This document shows, one piece after another, positions 26,928 to 38,400 of a stretch of 64,000 bases of DNA. Under the pieces are notes generated by a model. The model was not told the DNA's origin, did no database searches, and was given only the letters and a program-made list of their open reading frames with translations. How positions within the stretch are numbered: the first letter of the stretch is position 1; each line of letters starts with the position of its first letter. Source of the DNA: Felis catus (lineage: Eukaryota); NCBI RefSeq assembly GCF_018350175.1, contig NC_058368.1, forward strand, positions 214,398,001 to 214,462,000, given 5' to 3'. A program made the translations under genes and the position numbers.

Positions 26928-27143
26928 GTTTTAAAAAATGTTTATTTATTTTTGAGAGAGAGAGAGAGAAAAAGAACACGAGTCAGGGAGGGGCAGAAAG
27001 AGACAGAGACACAGAATCTGAAACAGGCTCCAGGCTTTGAGCTGTTAGCACAGAGACTGATGCGGGGTTCGAACCCACAAATTGTGAGATTGTGACCTGA
27101 GCCGAAGTCAGATGCTTAACCAACTAAGCCACCCAGGCACCTC
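26928..27143 (-). mobile_element. Can-SINE
   Basis: Typical reverse Can-SINE; TSD core TTATTCTAG at 26914 and 27144. Confidence 0.95.
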
Positions 27144-27189
27144 TTATTCTAGTGATTTTAAGGTAACCCCATCACATCCAGTTTTTAAA

Positions 27190-28140
27190 ATATATTTTTA
27201 ATACATTTTCTTTTTTAGAGCAGTTTGATTCATAGCAAATTGAGCAGGAGGTATAGAGATTTTCCATATGCCCTGTTTCCACACACGCATAGCTTCCCTG
27301 TTGTCAGCATCCTCCACCATGGTAGTGGATGGTTATAATTGATGAACCTATATTGACACATCATTATCTCTCAAAGTCTATAGTTTACATTAGAGTTCGC
27401 TCTTGGTTTTGGTTCGCTCTGTAGTTTTGGACAAATGGATAATGACATGTATCCACCATTATACTACGATAAAGAGTAGCTTCTGTGCTGCATGTATTCA
27501 TCCGTCCCTTCCCCCTAACCCTTGACCACCACTGTTCTTTTCACTGTCTCCATAAGTTTGCTTTTCCAGAATATCATATAGTTGAGATTACACAGTGTAT
27601 AGATTTTACAGATTAACTTCCTTCATTTAACAGCATACGTTTAAGTTTCTCCATGTCTTTTCATGAATTGATAGCTCATTTCTCTTAGTGCTGAATAATA
27701 TTCCACTGACTGGATGTACTAGACAATTTATTCATTCACCAATTTGGTTGCTTCCGAGTTTTGGCATTTATGAATAAAACTGCTATAAACATTGTTGTGC
27801 AAGTTTTTGTGTGAGCATAAGTTTCCAATTTCTTTGGGAAAATACAAGGTGCATGATTGCTAGATCTTATGGTAAGATTCTGAAAGAATCTGCCAAACTG
27901 CTTTCCAAAGTGGCAGTACCATTTTGCATTCTTACCAGCAATGAATGAGAGAGTTCCATGTCCTAGCCAGGATTTAGTGTTGTCAGTGTTCTGGATTTTG
28001 GCCATCCTAATACGGAGTCAGTGGCATCTCATTGTTTTAATTTGTATTTCCCTGTTGACATATGATGTGGACTATTGTTTCATATGCTTCTTTCCCTCCG
28101 TATATCATATTTGGCAAAGTATCTGTTAAGGTCTTGGGCT
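27190..28140 (-). mobile_element. Old L1 (L1MC1-like): 3' UTR plus decayed ORF2 C-terminus
   Basis: TTTTAGAGCAGTTT...GATGAACCTATATTGACACATCATTATC is an L1MC-type 3' UTR; ORF 27736-28005 (MAKIQNTDNTK...HTKTCTTMFIAVLFINAKTRKQP) is L1 ORF2-like; TSD 14/16 identical. Confidence 0.9.
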
Positions 28141-28529
28141 CATCATATCCAATTTTAAACTCATTTATGTTTAGGGTAAATATCCTCTCAGTTCAGAATT
28201 TACCCCCATTACTACCCCTTTATGCATTTCTTTTTCCTTGATAGCAACTACATTTGGGAGAATTCACTTAATTCTTTGTATTGGGGGTGCGGTGTGAGGT
28301 GCACATCTCGTCCACAATGGCCTTTGGTGTTTATTGGCCTCCACTGAGGTGTAATTTGTTCCTCATACTTACAGGCATAACCTTTGTAACCCAGCCACAT
28401 CTGCTGTGAAGGTCAGTGCTTCCACCTTGGCATTCAGTAGTCAGCTACATGGAATATCCTTCTTCTCTTCTCTGAGACTGAGAAATAGTTTACTAGCCTC
28501 TTCTATTTACCTTAAGAGACTCAGCTATA

Positions 28530-28784
28530 GGGGCACCTGAGTGGCTCAGTCGGTTAAGCATCCGACTTCGGCTCAGGTCACGATCTGGCATTTCGCGGGT
28601 TGGAACCCCACATCGGGCTCTGTGCTGACAGCTCAGAGCCTGTAGCCTGCTTCAGATTCTGTGTCTGTCTGTCTCTCTCTCTCTACCCTCCCCCAACCCC
28701 TGTTTGTGCTCAGACTCTCTCTCTTTCTCTCTCAATAAATAAATAAATAATAAACAAACATTAAAAAAAAATTAAAAAAAAAAA
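28530..28784 (+). mobile_element. Can-SINE
   Basis: GGGGCACCTGAGTGGCTCAGTCGGTTAAGC head; TSD AAG(A/G)GACTCAGCTAT at 28514 and 28785. Confidence 0.96.
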
Positions 28785-29639
28785 AAGGGACTCAGCTATT
28801 TCCCTGCACCTGTGTTGGTGGAAGGTATTCTCTGTAGCTACTGCTTTCAGGAACATTCTCCTGAATTCATGCATCAGCCACTGGAGATTCATATTAGATC
28901 TCTGGCTTTCCTAAGGCTTGCATCTCTCAGTTTAACCTAGAAAAGCCAAGTACCAGTCCCTTCTGTTCAGGGATTGTTGCCTCTCGAGTACTCCATTGCA
29001 ACTTCTGTCATCCTGTTCTCTCCCAACGACTTACCTGGGCCCAGAGACTTACTGGAAACTTCTTAGCATCTAAACCCTGGTAAAATTTACTCTTGTTATT
29101 TCTCTTTTCATAGCAACACAGTGTTGATCTTTTTTTTTTCTTGTTTCCCTGCAAGGATAAATCATCATGATTCTTCTATGGTTTGTCTTATGGCATTATT
29201 TTATGTTCCGATTGCTCTGGAATTTTGCTCTTGATATTTTAAGCCAAGTCATTGGAATTCATAAGAACAATTGTTTCTTATTCAGTCATGTAGTTCTTCC
29301 AGGCAAAAACCGTGGTGCCCAGACTGTTATCTTGGCTATTTGCCAAAATCCACTCATAATCTCAAAACCCAAAAGTTTGCCCTTTTGTTCTTTCTATATT
29401 ATTCCTATCCATATAATGGTAGAAAGCCTCTGATATTAGGTGGTAAAGAGAGTAGTGGTAACCTTAAAAAATACAGTTTAAGTCATAAACCTTACTCCAT
29501 TATATTTATGTATAATTGTGGATCACACTTAAATCGATACCAATTAATTTGATACCAAGAAGGCTTTCCCTCCTCCACGAGCTATTTTTTTTTTTTTGTA
29601 CTCAAACAATATGGGTTTCAATGGAACTTCCATTTTCTT

Positions 29640-29839
29640 TTTTTAATGTTTTTATTTATTTTTGAGAGAGAGCAAGAGTGCGAGTGGGGGAGGGGCAGAG
29701 AAGGAAGGGGGACCGAGGATCTAAAGCAGGCTCTGTGCTGACAGCAGAGAACCCGATGCGGGGCTCAAACTCATTAATTGTGAGATCATGACCTGAACCG
29801 AAGTCAGACACTTACCCGACTGAGCTACCCAGGCACCCC
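29640..29839 (-). mobile_element. Can-SINE
   Basis: Reverse Can-SINE; TSD GAACTTC(CA/TG)TTTTCTT at 29624 and 29842. Confidence 0.95.
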
Positions 29840-31179
29840 AAGAACTTCTGTTTTCTTACAAGCATCTATCCACTGGCCACATTTGATTGGTGGTGGTGGT
29901 GGTGGGGGTCTTTCTTATTAAGGATTAATCAGAAGCTTTACAGGAATTTTTTTTTAAGAGAGAAAATATGGTAAACATTCTCAATGTGGGGATTATGCAT
30001 AAGAAAACAGTTTATGATGAGAGAGAATAAAGACAACACACACAGGCAAGTAGAAGTAAGAGATGGGGAAAGTTTTGAAGGCACAATTGAAAAATCAGAT
30101 TAAATCAACATTGGATTCTTCACTTTCTAAAGTTCTTTGGATATTAATCCAGGGTGGACACTGTTGGTGATTTGCAACTCTTGATACCTGTCTGATTCTG
30201 ACCAAGGTATTTAAAGTTTTTGAGCCACATGTACTTATTCTGTGAAATGAGCTAACAGTGCCAATCTAAATAGGGTAAGCATACGCACCTGTTATTCTAT
30301 GACTTGTCATCAGATGGACTTAATGATAAAGCTACTCTTAACCCTAAATGACTTTTGTTTTCCTCATAGATGACCTAAAAAGGTGATTTTTTTATATCAT
30401 CCTGGTTTTAGTGAACAGCACTTCCTGGTTGCTGAGAGTAGAGAACATGGATGAAATTGATGTATTATTTAATCAGAGAAATGTAGGCTTAGCCAACTTT
30501 AGTCCCAATATTTAAATATATCTTATCCCCACAGCAGCATTCTGAAATAGACAGTGCTTGCACAAAATCAATGACTAATAATTGCAGTTGCTAACCTAAT
30601 ATTTTTTGCAGTATAAGATTTTTCTCTTTTTTAATATTATAGGAAGAGAAGACTTAAAAATGACACAATTCATTTCTATAACATCGATTCAAAAGAAATT
30701 CAATTCTCTTCTGAGTCCTCTCATATCTTTTTTATACTTCAAGCATAACCTTGATTTTGGTGGAGAGTACAGTAATATGTGAGTTACATTTATAATATTT
30801 CTGCAGAAATGCTAATGACTTTAACTTCATCAGTTTGTCATCACAAAATTGCCTTGACAAATTGAGTAGATGTTATCTTTATCTGATAGTAAATGGAAGA
30901 AACACAGCCAGTGAGAAATGAAGGCTATTTTTTTATGGTGCTTGTGGTCACTTAGTGTTAGTAGTCTGGGCTGTTATAGACAGTGCTTTGTGTGTGGCTG
31001 AAACAGACTGATATAGACAAAGGCAATGGACTTTGATAATTGTTACCCTGTAATACTGTACTTTCCCTTTCAAACTGTAGGAGGCAGAATTTCTTGGCAG
31101 GAAGAACCTCAGTCCATCAATTAACTATATTTTTGGAGCCAATTGTTCTGTAAGAAGTTTGAATTTGGGGGTTCTGATT

Positions 31180-31535
31180 ATAAGAATCGTTGTATGATTA
31201 CTGTAGAACATTTGGATTAAGCAGACAAAAAATATATATGAAAAGCACACCTTTCGCTCCCCCACCTAGAAGCAATCACTGCCCATCATTTCTTACATGT
31301 CTGGGTTGGCATATATGTGGGATCTTTCTGTGTGATCAGTTTTATCATCTGTCATTTTCACCTACTGTTGTGACATAAGCATTTCTTTCTCATCATTGGA
31401 AACCTTTGGGAAGCATAATATTTAAAGCCTGCATAATATTTGCTGTAATATAATGTATTTCATCCTTGCCTTATTGTTTATGCATTACTTTTTTAGGTTT
31501 CTAGAATTATAAATAATGCTGTGATGGACACTTGT
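31180..31535 (-). mobile_element. Ancient L1 3' end (L1ME/L1MC4-like)
   Basis: ATTACTGTAGAACATTTGGA...CCCACCTAGAAGCAATCACTG...ATTATAAATAATGCTGTGATGGACA. Confidence 0.6.
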
Positions 31536-31631
31536 TTTTCTCCATGAGAAGAGAAAAATGAAAGAAGGCAGAGCTCTGAGAGAACAGCTGCTCTTTCCAT
31601 TCTGCTCCAACATGTGTTGAGGTCTTTATTT

Positions 31632-31850
31632 TTTTTTAATTTTTTTAAATGTTTGTTTATTTCTGAGACAGAGAGAGACAGAGCATGAGTGGGGGGAGGG
31701 GCAGATAGAGAGGGAGACACAGAATCCGAAGCAGGCTTCAGGCTCCGAGCTGTCAGCACAGAGCCTGACGCGGGGCTCCAGCTCACAGACTGTGAGATCA
31801 TGACCTGAGCTGAAGTCGGACACCCAACCGACTGAGCCATCCAGGCGCCC
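31632..31850 (-). mobile_element. Can-SINE
   Basis: Reverse Can-SINE; perfect 14-bp TSD TGAGGTCTTTATTT at 31618 and 31851. Confidence 0.97.
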
Positions 31851-32293
31851 TGAGGTCTTTATTTCTTATTGGGATCATCACGTATTAAAACAACCAGGGT
31901 AGTTTTGCTGTAGAGTGTTGCACATGATCAGGGAATGGGATATAGTTGTCCCTTGTAACTCCACAACCTGAGTCTAGATGTTAATTTTAATTTCTGTAAT
32001 TTATGGCTGGGTCAGGATTTCTGTTATTGACGACACGAGTGTTCTGCTTGTTTACACCATATTGTATGGCCCTCTGATGTTCACCAGATTGTTTTCCTCC
32101 ATCCATGCCATGTTAGGCACTTAGCAGAAAGCAGTGTAGCATGAGAGCCATGGCAATGATGATTATGCATATCTTTTGTATGTTTTCATGAACTCCACAT
32201 GAAGAAACTTACCAAAACTTTCTTATGATTAGAAATGGTGATGCTGACTGATAACACCTAGAGCAGAGGCATATCTTGACCACATCATATTTT

Positions 32294-33105
32294 TAAAAAC
32301 TTATTTAAATTCAATTTAGTTAACATACAGTGTATTCTTGGTTTCAGGAGTAGAACCAGTGATTCATCACTTACATATAACATCCAGTGCTCATCCCAAC
32401 AAGTGCCCTCCTTGATGCCCATCACCCATTTAGCCCATCCCCCCCCGACCTCCCTTTCAGGAACCCTCAGTTCTCTGTATTTAGAGTCACTTTTGGTTTG
32501 CCTCCCTCTCTGTTTTTATCTTATTTTTCCTTCCCTTCCCCTATGTTCACCTGTTGTGTGTCTTAAATTCCACGTATGAGTGAAATCATCTGGTATTGTC
32601 TTTCTCTGACTGAGTTATTTTGCTTAGCGTCATATGCTCAAGTTCCATCCACGTTGTTGCAAATGGCAAGATTTCATTTTTTTTTATTGATGAGTAGTAT
32701 TCCATTGTATATATATATATATACTACATCTTCTCTAAAAACCATCTTTTTTAATGTTTATTTTTTGAGAGAGAGAGATAGAGTGGGAGCTGGGGAGGGA
32801 CAGAGAGAGAGGGAGACACAGAATCCAAAGCAGGCTCCAGGCTCTGAGCTGTCAGCACTGAGCCTGATGTGGGGCTTGAACCCACGAACCATGAGATCAT
32901 GACCTGAGCCAAAGTCAGATGCTTAACTGACTGAGCCACCCAGGTGCCCCAGATACCACATCTTCTTATCCATTCATCCATTGATGAACACTTGGACTCT
33001 TTCCATAATTTGCCTATTGTTGATAGCACTGCTATAAACATTGGGGTGTATGTGCCCCTTTGAATTAGCATTTTTGTATCCTTTGGATAAATACCTAGGT
33101 ATTTA
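32294..33105 (-). mobile_element. 5'-truncated carnivore L1 (3' UTR plus ORF2 tail) split by a Can-SINE
   Basis: CCAGTGCTCATCCCAACAAGTGCCCTCC 3' UTR; translation LGIYPKDTKMLIQRGTYTPMFIAVLSTIGKLWKESKCSSMDEWI matches the L1 ORF2 C-terminus; TSD ACCACAT(CA/TG)TATTTT at 32279 and 33106. Confidence 0.94.
32747..32950 (-). mobile_element. Can-SINE nested in L1
   Basis: Reverse Can-SINE; TSD ATAC(T/C)ACATCTTCT at 32721 and 32953. Confidence 0.95.
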
Positions 33106-33701
33106 ACCACATTGTATTTTCATCATGTCATGGCTATTAGCCACTCTCCAGTCCCTTCAGCATTTTGTTGGCATATTATGAATGTAGTAAAAATGTTACA
33201 CACCCTCCAACTCCTGTCATTGTTTTAAATTTTATTACAGTTTTCCTTAAGCCTAACTGCTACATGGTTGTTTTAGGAAAATACTTAGCTCAGAAAAGTA
33301 AGATAAATACAGAGGGAATTTCAGACTGATTTTTTTTTCAGATTTATGATATAAAACCTCAGAAACTCACATTCATGTCTATCACTGCCCCCTTTGTCTT
33401 TCAATGCTATTTGAATAGACTTATATTGTGAAGAAAACCTTGGTTTGCCTCTGAACAAAGGTTGCCTCTGAGGTTGGTTAGGCAACTCTAACTCACAAAA
33501 GAATATGAAGAGAGGCTTAACCCACGTCAGCTCTGCATTTACCTGGCAGCCTGAAATAGCTGCATCCTACATATTTGAGGTTCTTAACAGGGAGTATAAT
33601 TCCAAATTCCCAACCTCAATATTGTTCTGAGGCTTAGCAGAGAAAAACAAATGCTTATAGAGAATTGCCTGAGAGAAAAGTAGTAATTCATTTATGTGAA
33701 T

Positions 33702-33864
33702 CAGTGATTCTCAATAGAATGTGGGGAAGTGGAGGAAGAGGAGAGAATGAAAGGGGAGAGTCCTAATGTCCTCTCCTTAGAAGGTCCTAGTTCCAAGATG
33801 AGGATGTTACTGATAACCACCACTCCCCTCAGATGTTGATGTGGATAAAATTTGAGAACCGCTG
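33702..33864. mobile_element. Short hAT-Charlie-type MITE (family uncertain)
   Basis: Inverted termini CAGTGATTCTCAA ... TTGAGAACCGCTG. Confidence 0.55.
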
Positions 33865-33881
33865 CTTGAGCAATGCTACAG

Positions 33882-33950
33882 TAGGGGGTGACAAACTAGA
33901 GAACTCTTAGTCAAATCCAGCTTGTAGACATGTGTCTTCTGCTCATATGT

Positions 33951-33985
<35 letters not shown>

Positions 33986-34216
33986 TTTTAACAAGGAATA
34001 TAAAATTTGCATAAAATCTGGATTTCCCTGGAAATAATAAAAAAAAATCTGGCCACACTGGCACATATCCCTGCCTGGCAACAAATTCGTGGAACCAAGA
34101 AATAGTTCTTTCTTTGGTCACTGTCCTTCTTCCTTCCTTTTTGCTTTCTCCTGACCCACATCACTGGTTTAGATTATCATTGTGGTCCCTGCAGGCATTG
34201 GAGTTTGCAACCTTTG
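33882..34216 (+). mobile_element. MER102-type hAT-Charlie DNA transposon containing a (CA)16 tract
   Basis: TAGGGGTGACAAACT...GCATAAAATCTGGATTTC...ATCTGGCCACACTGG...GGCATTGGAGTTTGCAACCTTTG; (CA)n at 33952-33983. Confidence 0.8.
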
Positions 34217-34419
34217 AGTAACAGCCTAACTCTAGATTAAAGCAAACAAACAAACAAAAAAGAGCTGGATATGTGGCAACATCATTTTACTTTGTAGAAG
34301 TGATTTTTTTGGGTATGTGTTTTAGCCTGATGCCACGGGTCTTGTGACATTAGGAAATGACCCAATCCAAGTTTAATATGACAATATTTTTTCATTATTT
34401 GGGCATTTTAATAAATATA

Positions 34420-34680
34420 ATGACTAAAAGGATGGACTGTGGAGCCAGACTGTAGGGAACCCAATTCCAATTCCTGCATTTCCTAGCTGGAAACCTTTGG
34501 CCTGGCATTTGATTTTACTTTGATTCAATTTCCCCTTCTGTAAAAATGGAGATCGTGATAGTACCACTTATTTAGGACTTTTGTTAAGATCAAGTCTGTT
34601 AATTCATGTAATACGTGTAGGACAGCTCTGATCATTGACATTAACAAATGTTTGGTAAGTGATACTATTACTAATATTAT
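34420..34680 (+). mobile_element. MIR SINE, near full length
   Basis: GGACTGTGGAGCCAGACTG...TCTGTAAAAATGGAGATCGTGATAGTACC...AACAAATGTT. Confidence 0.8.
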
Positions 34681-34796
34681 TAATTCTTGTCTCAGAATTA
34701 AGAATAGTTGCAGCTGCTATTATATTTTTCTATTTCAATGAGAATCTGAAACCTATAATGAATCATGTTTATGTCTTCTTATTTACTCCCCCCCCC

Positions 34797-34978
34797 TTTT
34801 TTAAAGTTTATTTTTTTATTCTGAGAGAGAGAGAGGCAGAGAGAGAAAGAGAGAATCCCAAGCTAGCTCCAGGCTGTCAGCGTCGAGTCCCATGTGGGGC
34901 TCGATCTCATGAACCGTGAGACCTTGATCTGGGCCAAAATCAAGTCTGACTTAACTGGCTGAGCCACCCAGGCAGCTC
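34797..34978 (-). mobile_element. Can-SINE
   Basis: Reverse Can-SINE; TSD TGTTTATGTCTT at 34766 and 34979. Confidence 0.93.
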
Positions 34979-35989
34979 TGTTTATGTCTTATTATTGGCT
35001 GCTAGAAAATTTTATGTGAAATTTGATATATCTATTTGGTAAATATATCACCGTACATCTTTTGTTCTGCCTCCATATTATTTTCCTACTGTTCATTGTA
35101 CTCTGTATGATTCTTAATTATTCTTGATTTTTATTATTTTTCTCTATAATGTGCACCTTTGCAAGCCATCTTACTTCTCTTTTGAAAAAAAAAAAAAAAC
35201 AAATAAAAGCCCTAAAAATAAATCAAAACCAAACCAACATATATGAGCTCTCGTAAATGGACAAATATGACCAGTAAAACTAATTATTTCCCAACATGAC
35301 TTTCATGTGAAGTTTGCTTTTCTGCTGACATTCTGAGCTTCCATTTGTTTTCGGCTCTGTCTTTTAGCTTTAGGGATAAACTGAACCAGTCATCTTCGAT
35401 AGCAGCACTCGAGCAAGTTCCTACAGTCGTGTTATTTCCCAGGTGTCTTCAAATACACTGCATTGCTGCAAATTGATTTTTAGCTTGTCTTTAAACCTAA
35501 CATCTGAGTATCCTATGCCCAGCTGGCTTTTTTTTTAGGTGACCAAAGGGAATTGTTTGTATATTTAAATTTTCTATGGTAGACACGATACGAGAAGTAA
35601 CCACATATTCTATATGTTTTGTGTAAAGTAGGCTATTCCTCCCAGATAAATAAAATTATTTGGAAATGGTCAGCCTCCTAATGTTTACTCCCGAGAGACT
35701 TAATAGAATGCTTGGGGAATTTTACTATAATCATTTGATACAGTGAGCATGAGAAAATTTTATGATTATCCACCCTGAGGCTAGTAGAATGACAGGACTT
35801 TATTTCTCTCCTTTTTAATTTGATGGGAAATGAATGAGACAATTTTTAGGATCTTATCAGCCATTTTAAATCAGTGAAACAGAAACCACTCTATTGGGGT
35901 GTAATATGGGGAGTTGGTTACCAAAGTGAAGGATGGGCAGGAGAAGCAAAAGGGATAGAAGTGTTATTCGGAGCCTTATGAATCTACAC

Positions 35990-36200
35990 TCACCACAGAC
36001 ATGGGTGCAACCCTTGTTTTGAGTAGGACCCAAGGAGCCCACACTTACTGTTCCTTGCTTCTTCACTCCTAATCTCACGTAAGCCCCTCTCATTGGCAAA
36101 GTTAACTGGAGTACAAGCTGGCAAGGGCTTCTGGGAAGTACGGTTTCAGACCTCCTTTTGCCAATGTGGGGAATGCCTAGAAGAACACATTTTCCTGTGT
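35990..36200. mobile_element. Possible ancient ERVL-type LTR fragment
   Basis: CTCTCATTGGCAAAGTTAACTGGAGTACAAGCTGGCAAGGGCTTCTGGGAAGTACGGTTT resembles old ERVL/MaLR LTR motifs. Confidence 0.4.
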
Positions 36201-36321
36201 GTAGTTCCATTCACAACTTTTCATTACTCTGAGTCACTTGGTTGCTCTGTTTCTTTCCTGTGTTGTATTCATGTAAGTATTCTAATTTTAAAACGTTTTG
36301 AACTATATTAAATATTTCTAA

Positions 36322-36994
36322 CTCCAGGACAGTGTTGGTCAGATATGTCAGAAACACTTCTAGCAACCACTTACAGGAGTCTAACTGGAAATATTTTAGG
36401 TTATTTTATTGCCAGTTATGTGGTTTTTGCCAATCCTTAAGTTATAAATTTTTTGATGAGAGAAAATATTTAATGTACCTCTCTGCTATTTTAGCTACTT
36501 GAATTCTGTTTTCTTTATAGGGGTTAAAATAATTTAATTCTTATATATGAACATTTTGTCAGTCTTATTTATTTGTACTTGATTTCCATTTTTGGTTTCC
36601 CGATTTTCATAAACATGCATTTGTTTTTGAGCGTCCTGTGTCAAAATACGGGTTTAAGTATTCAGCTCCTGCATCAAAAACTATGGTTGATCAACTTTAA
36701 TCTAGAGTGCCAAAATGTTAGGAAAAATTAGGGATTCTTGGAATGCATCATATAACGCATCCAGAAAGACTAAGGTGTTCCATCAGCAGAAACAGAACTG
36801 CTGAGAGTTTCACCCAGAGTAACTGGGTTGGCAAGTCAACAGAATCTGAGTGGGAGGGCTCATATCTCTGTATAGCCCTTTGTCCCCAGAAGGGTTTCTT
36901 GTCATTTTGGCAATGGTTGACAGGACTCAGTGGAGTCCTGGCATGTGCTGTGACTTCTGTAAGTGTTTCTGACATAACTGACATAGTCCTGGAG
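36322..36994. other. Segment bounded by an imperfect inverted repeat; putative ancient non-autonomous DNA transposon, family not recognised
   Basis: 36338-36359 is the reverse complement of 36961-36982 at 21/22 positions; the outer 9-mer CTCCAGGAC (36322) pairs with GTCCTGGAG (36986). Confidence 0.55.
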
Positions 36995-38289
36995 GCTTTT
37001 GACAAGTTTGTCAACCTAATGAATGGGCAACTAAGCCTTAAAACCACAGTAAAGATTGTGTAAGTTGTTCAATAGAGGGTGCAAAATCCAGGTAGCCAAA
37101 TAATGGTTTTAGAGTTATTCTGCTTGCCTGTTTGCTGATGGCATTTCAACAGAACAAAATAAAAACAAATCATCTTTGAAATAAATAGTCATCTTTGGGA
37201 GTACAATGTAGCATATGCCTTATGATAGAGTACCTTTTTTTAAAGGTATTTGTAGCATTTATTTTCTCATTTGTTTTCATTTTATTTTGTGTATGTGATA
37301 GCTAGAATGCTTAACGCTTTAGGTCTCTGGTGAATTCTGGCTCTGTCTGAAAGGTTTAGGTTACTGTGGTGAATGTTTCCCAGAAAATGGAACAGTGACT
37401 ACTAAATAACTTTGCTGACATGAGAATTAGCCAGGGTAATTACAATTGCTTGGGATTTTGGGTTTCAGAGGCAATGTTCTGTATGGAAATCACTAGGGCC
37501 TCTGACACTCAAGTGTCCCTCTTTTTGAGCAGAACCATAATTAACAATAATAATTAGACCAAACTTTGAGAGTTAGAAACAAACAAAAAAAATAAGTGCA
37601 CATGTCTGCAATTATTAAACAAAATAAAATTCTATTCTTCCTTTACTATTGCACTTGAAAGGTATGGTATTTGGCTTTGCAGACCAGATCTGCTTGAATA
37701 GGCCTAAATCTAAATTGAGTGCCTAAATTGGACCAGAATTTTAATGTTTAAGTCCATTTTTCTCAGGATTCAGGTCTCTAGTATTTCAGAAGATCTGTTA
37801 TTCTAACTTTATACATGGATTAGGATATCTTTAATGCAGAGAGGTCTGGGTTTCTTATCTCAAAGCCTGTGAAGTAACTGATATTTTTATTGAACTGGAG
37901 TGTAAAGGCAGAGCAGAGTATGGTCTAACAATCACTAAGTTTTCATGTACTATAATGAAGTTACTATTTCATCCTGCACTTTGGAGGGACTTTAATCTTG
38001 CAATGAATCTAATTGAAGATGCTCACCCTCCTTGTTCTGATACTCATTCATTGTTAAAAGCTGGAAGGTATGTTCAAGATTGTTACACCCAGTGATTCTC
38101 ATTTTCCCGCAAGGGCGGGGTTTAGGGGAAATACCTGGAGTAGATAACAAGGCGATGGGATGGTAGGAATGCGGGTACAGGTAAACAAACACAGCTCTGC
38201 ACTCCCACCTCTTACTCAGATGGAATCTGACTGTGTGTTATACACTGGAGATTCTGGGGAAAGGCAGTTCTGCTGCTAACTGGTTCCCC

Positions 38290-38400
38290 TATGTTCTAAA
38301 TGAGAAAATTTGGCTCCAGAATAACTAAGTGGTTTGCCCAAGACACAAATCTACTTCATGGCCAACTGAATTCAGGATCCAGATGCCTTGAATCCTAATG
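38290..38400 (-). mobile_element. MIR fragment
   Basis: AAATGAGAAAATTTGGCTCCAGA...TAAGTGGTTTGCCCAAGACACA. Confidence 0.65.

Noticed and set aside
36743..37063. Overlapping + and - ORFs of ~100 aa, considered as an endogenous viral or transposase remnant
   Set aside because: No viral or DDE motifs recognised; they cross the boundary of the inverted-repeat unit.
37646..37656. TATTGCACTTG, matching the start of miR-92
   Set aside because: Only 11 nt match and there is no hairpin.
38027..38134. 108-nt open, phase-symmetric minus-strand exon candidate (GISPKPRPCGKMRITG...NKEG)
   Set aside because: Peptide not recognised, opposite to the inferred transcribed strand, and overlaps a Charlie-like terminus (CAGTGATTCTCA at ~38090); no partner exons.
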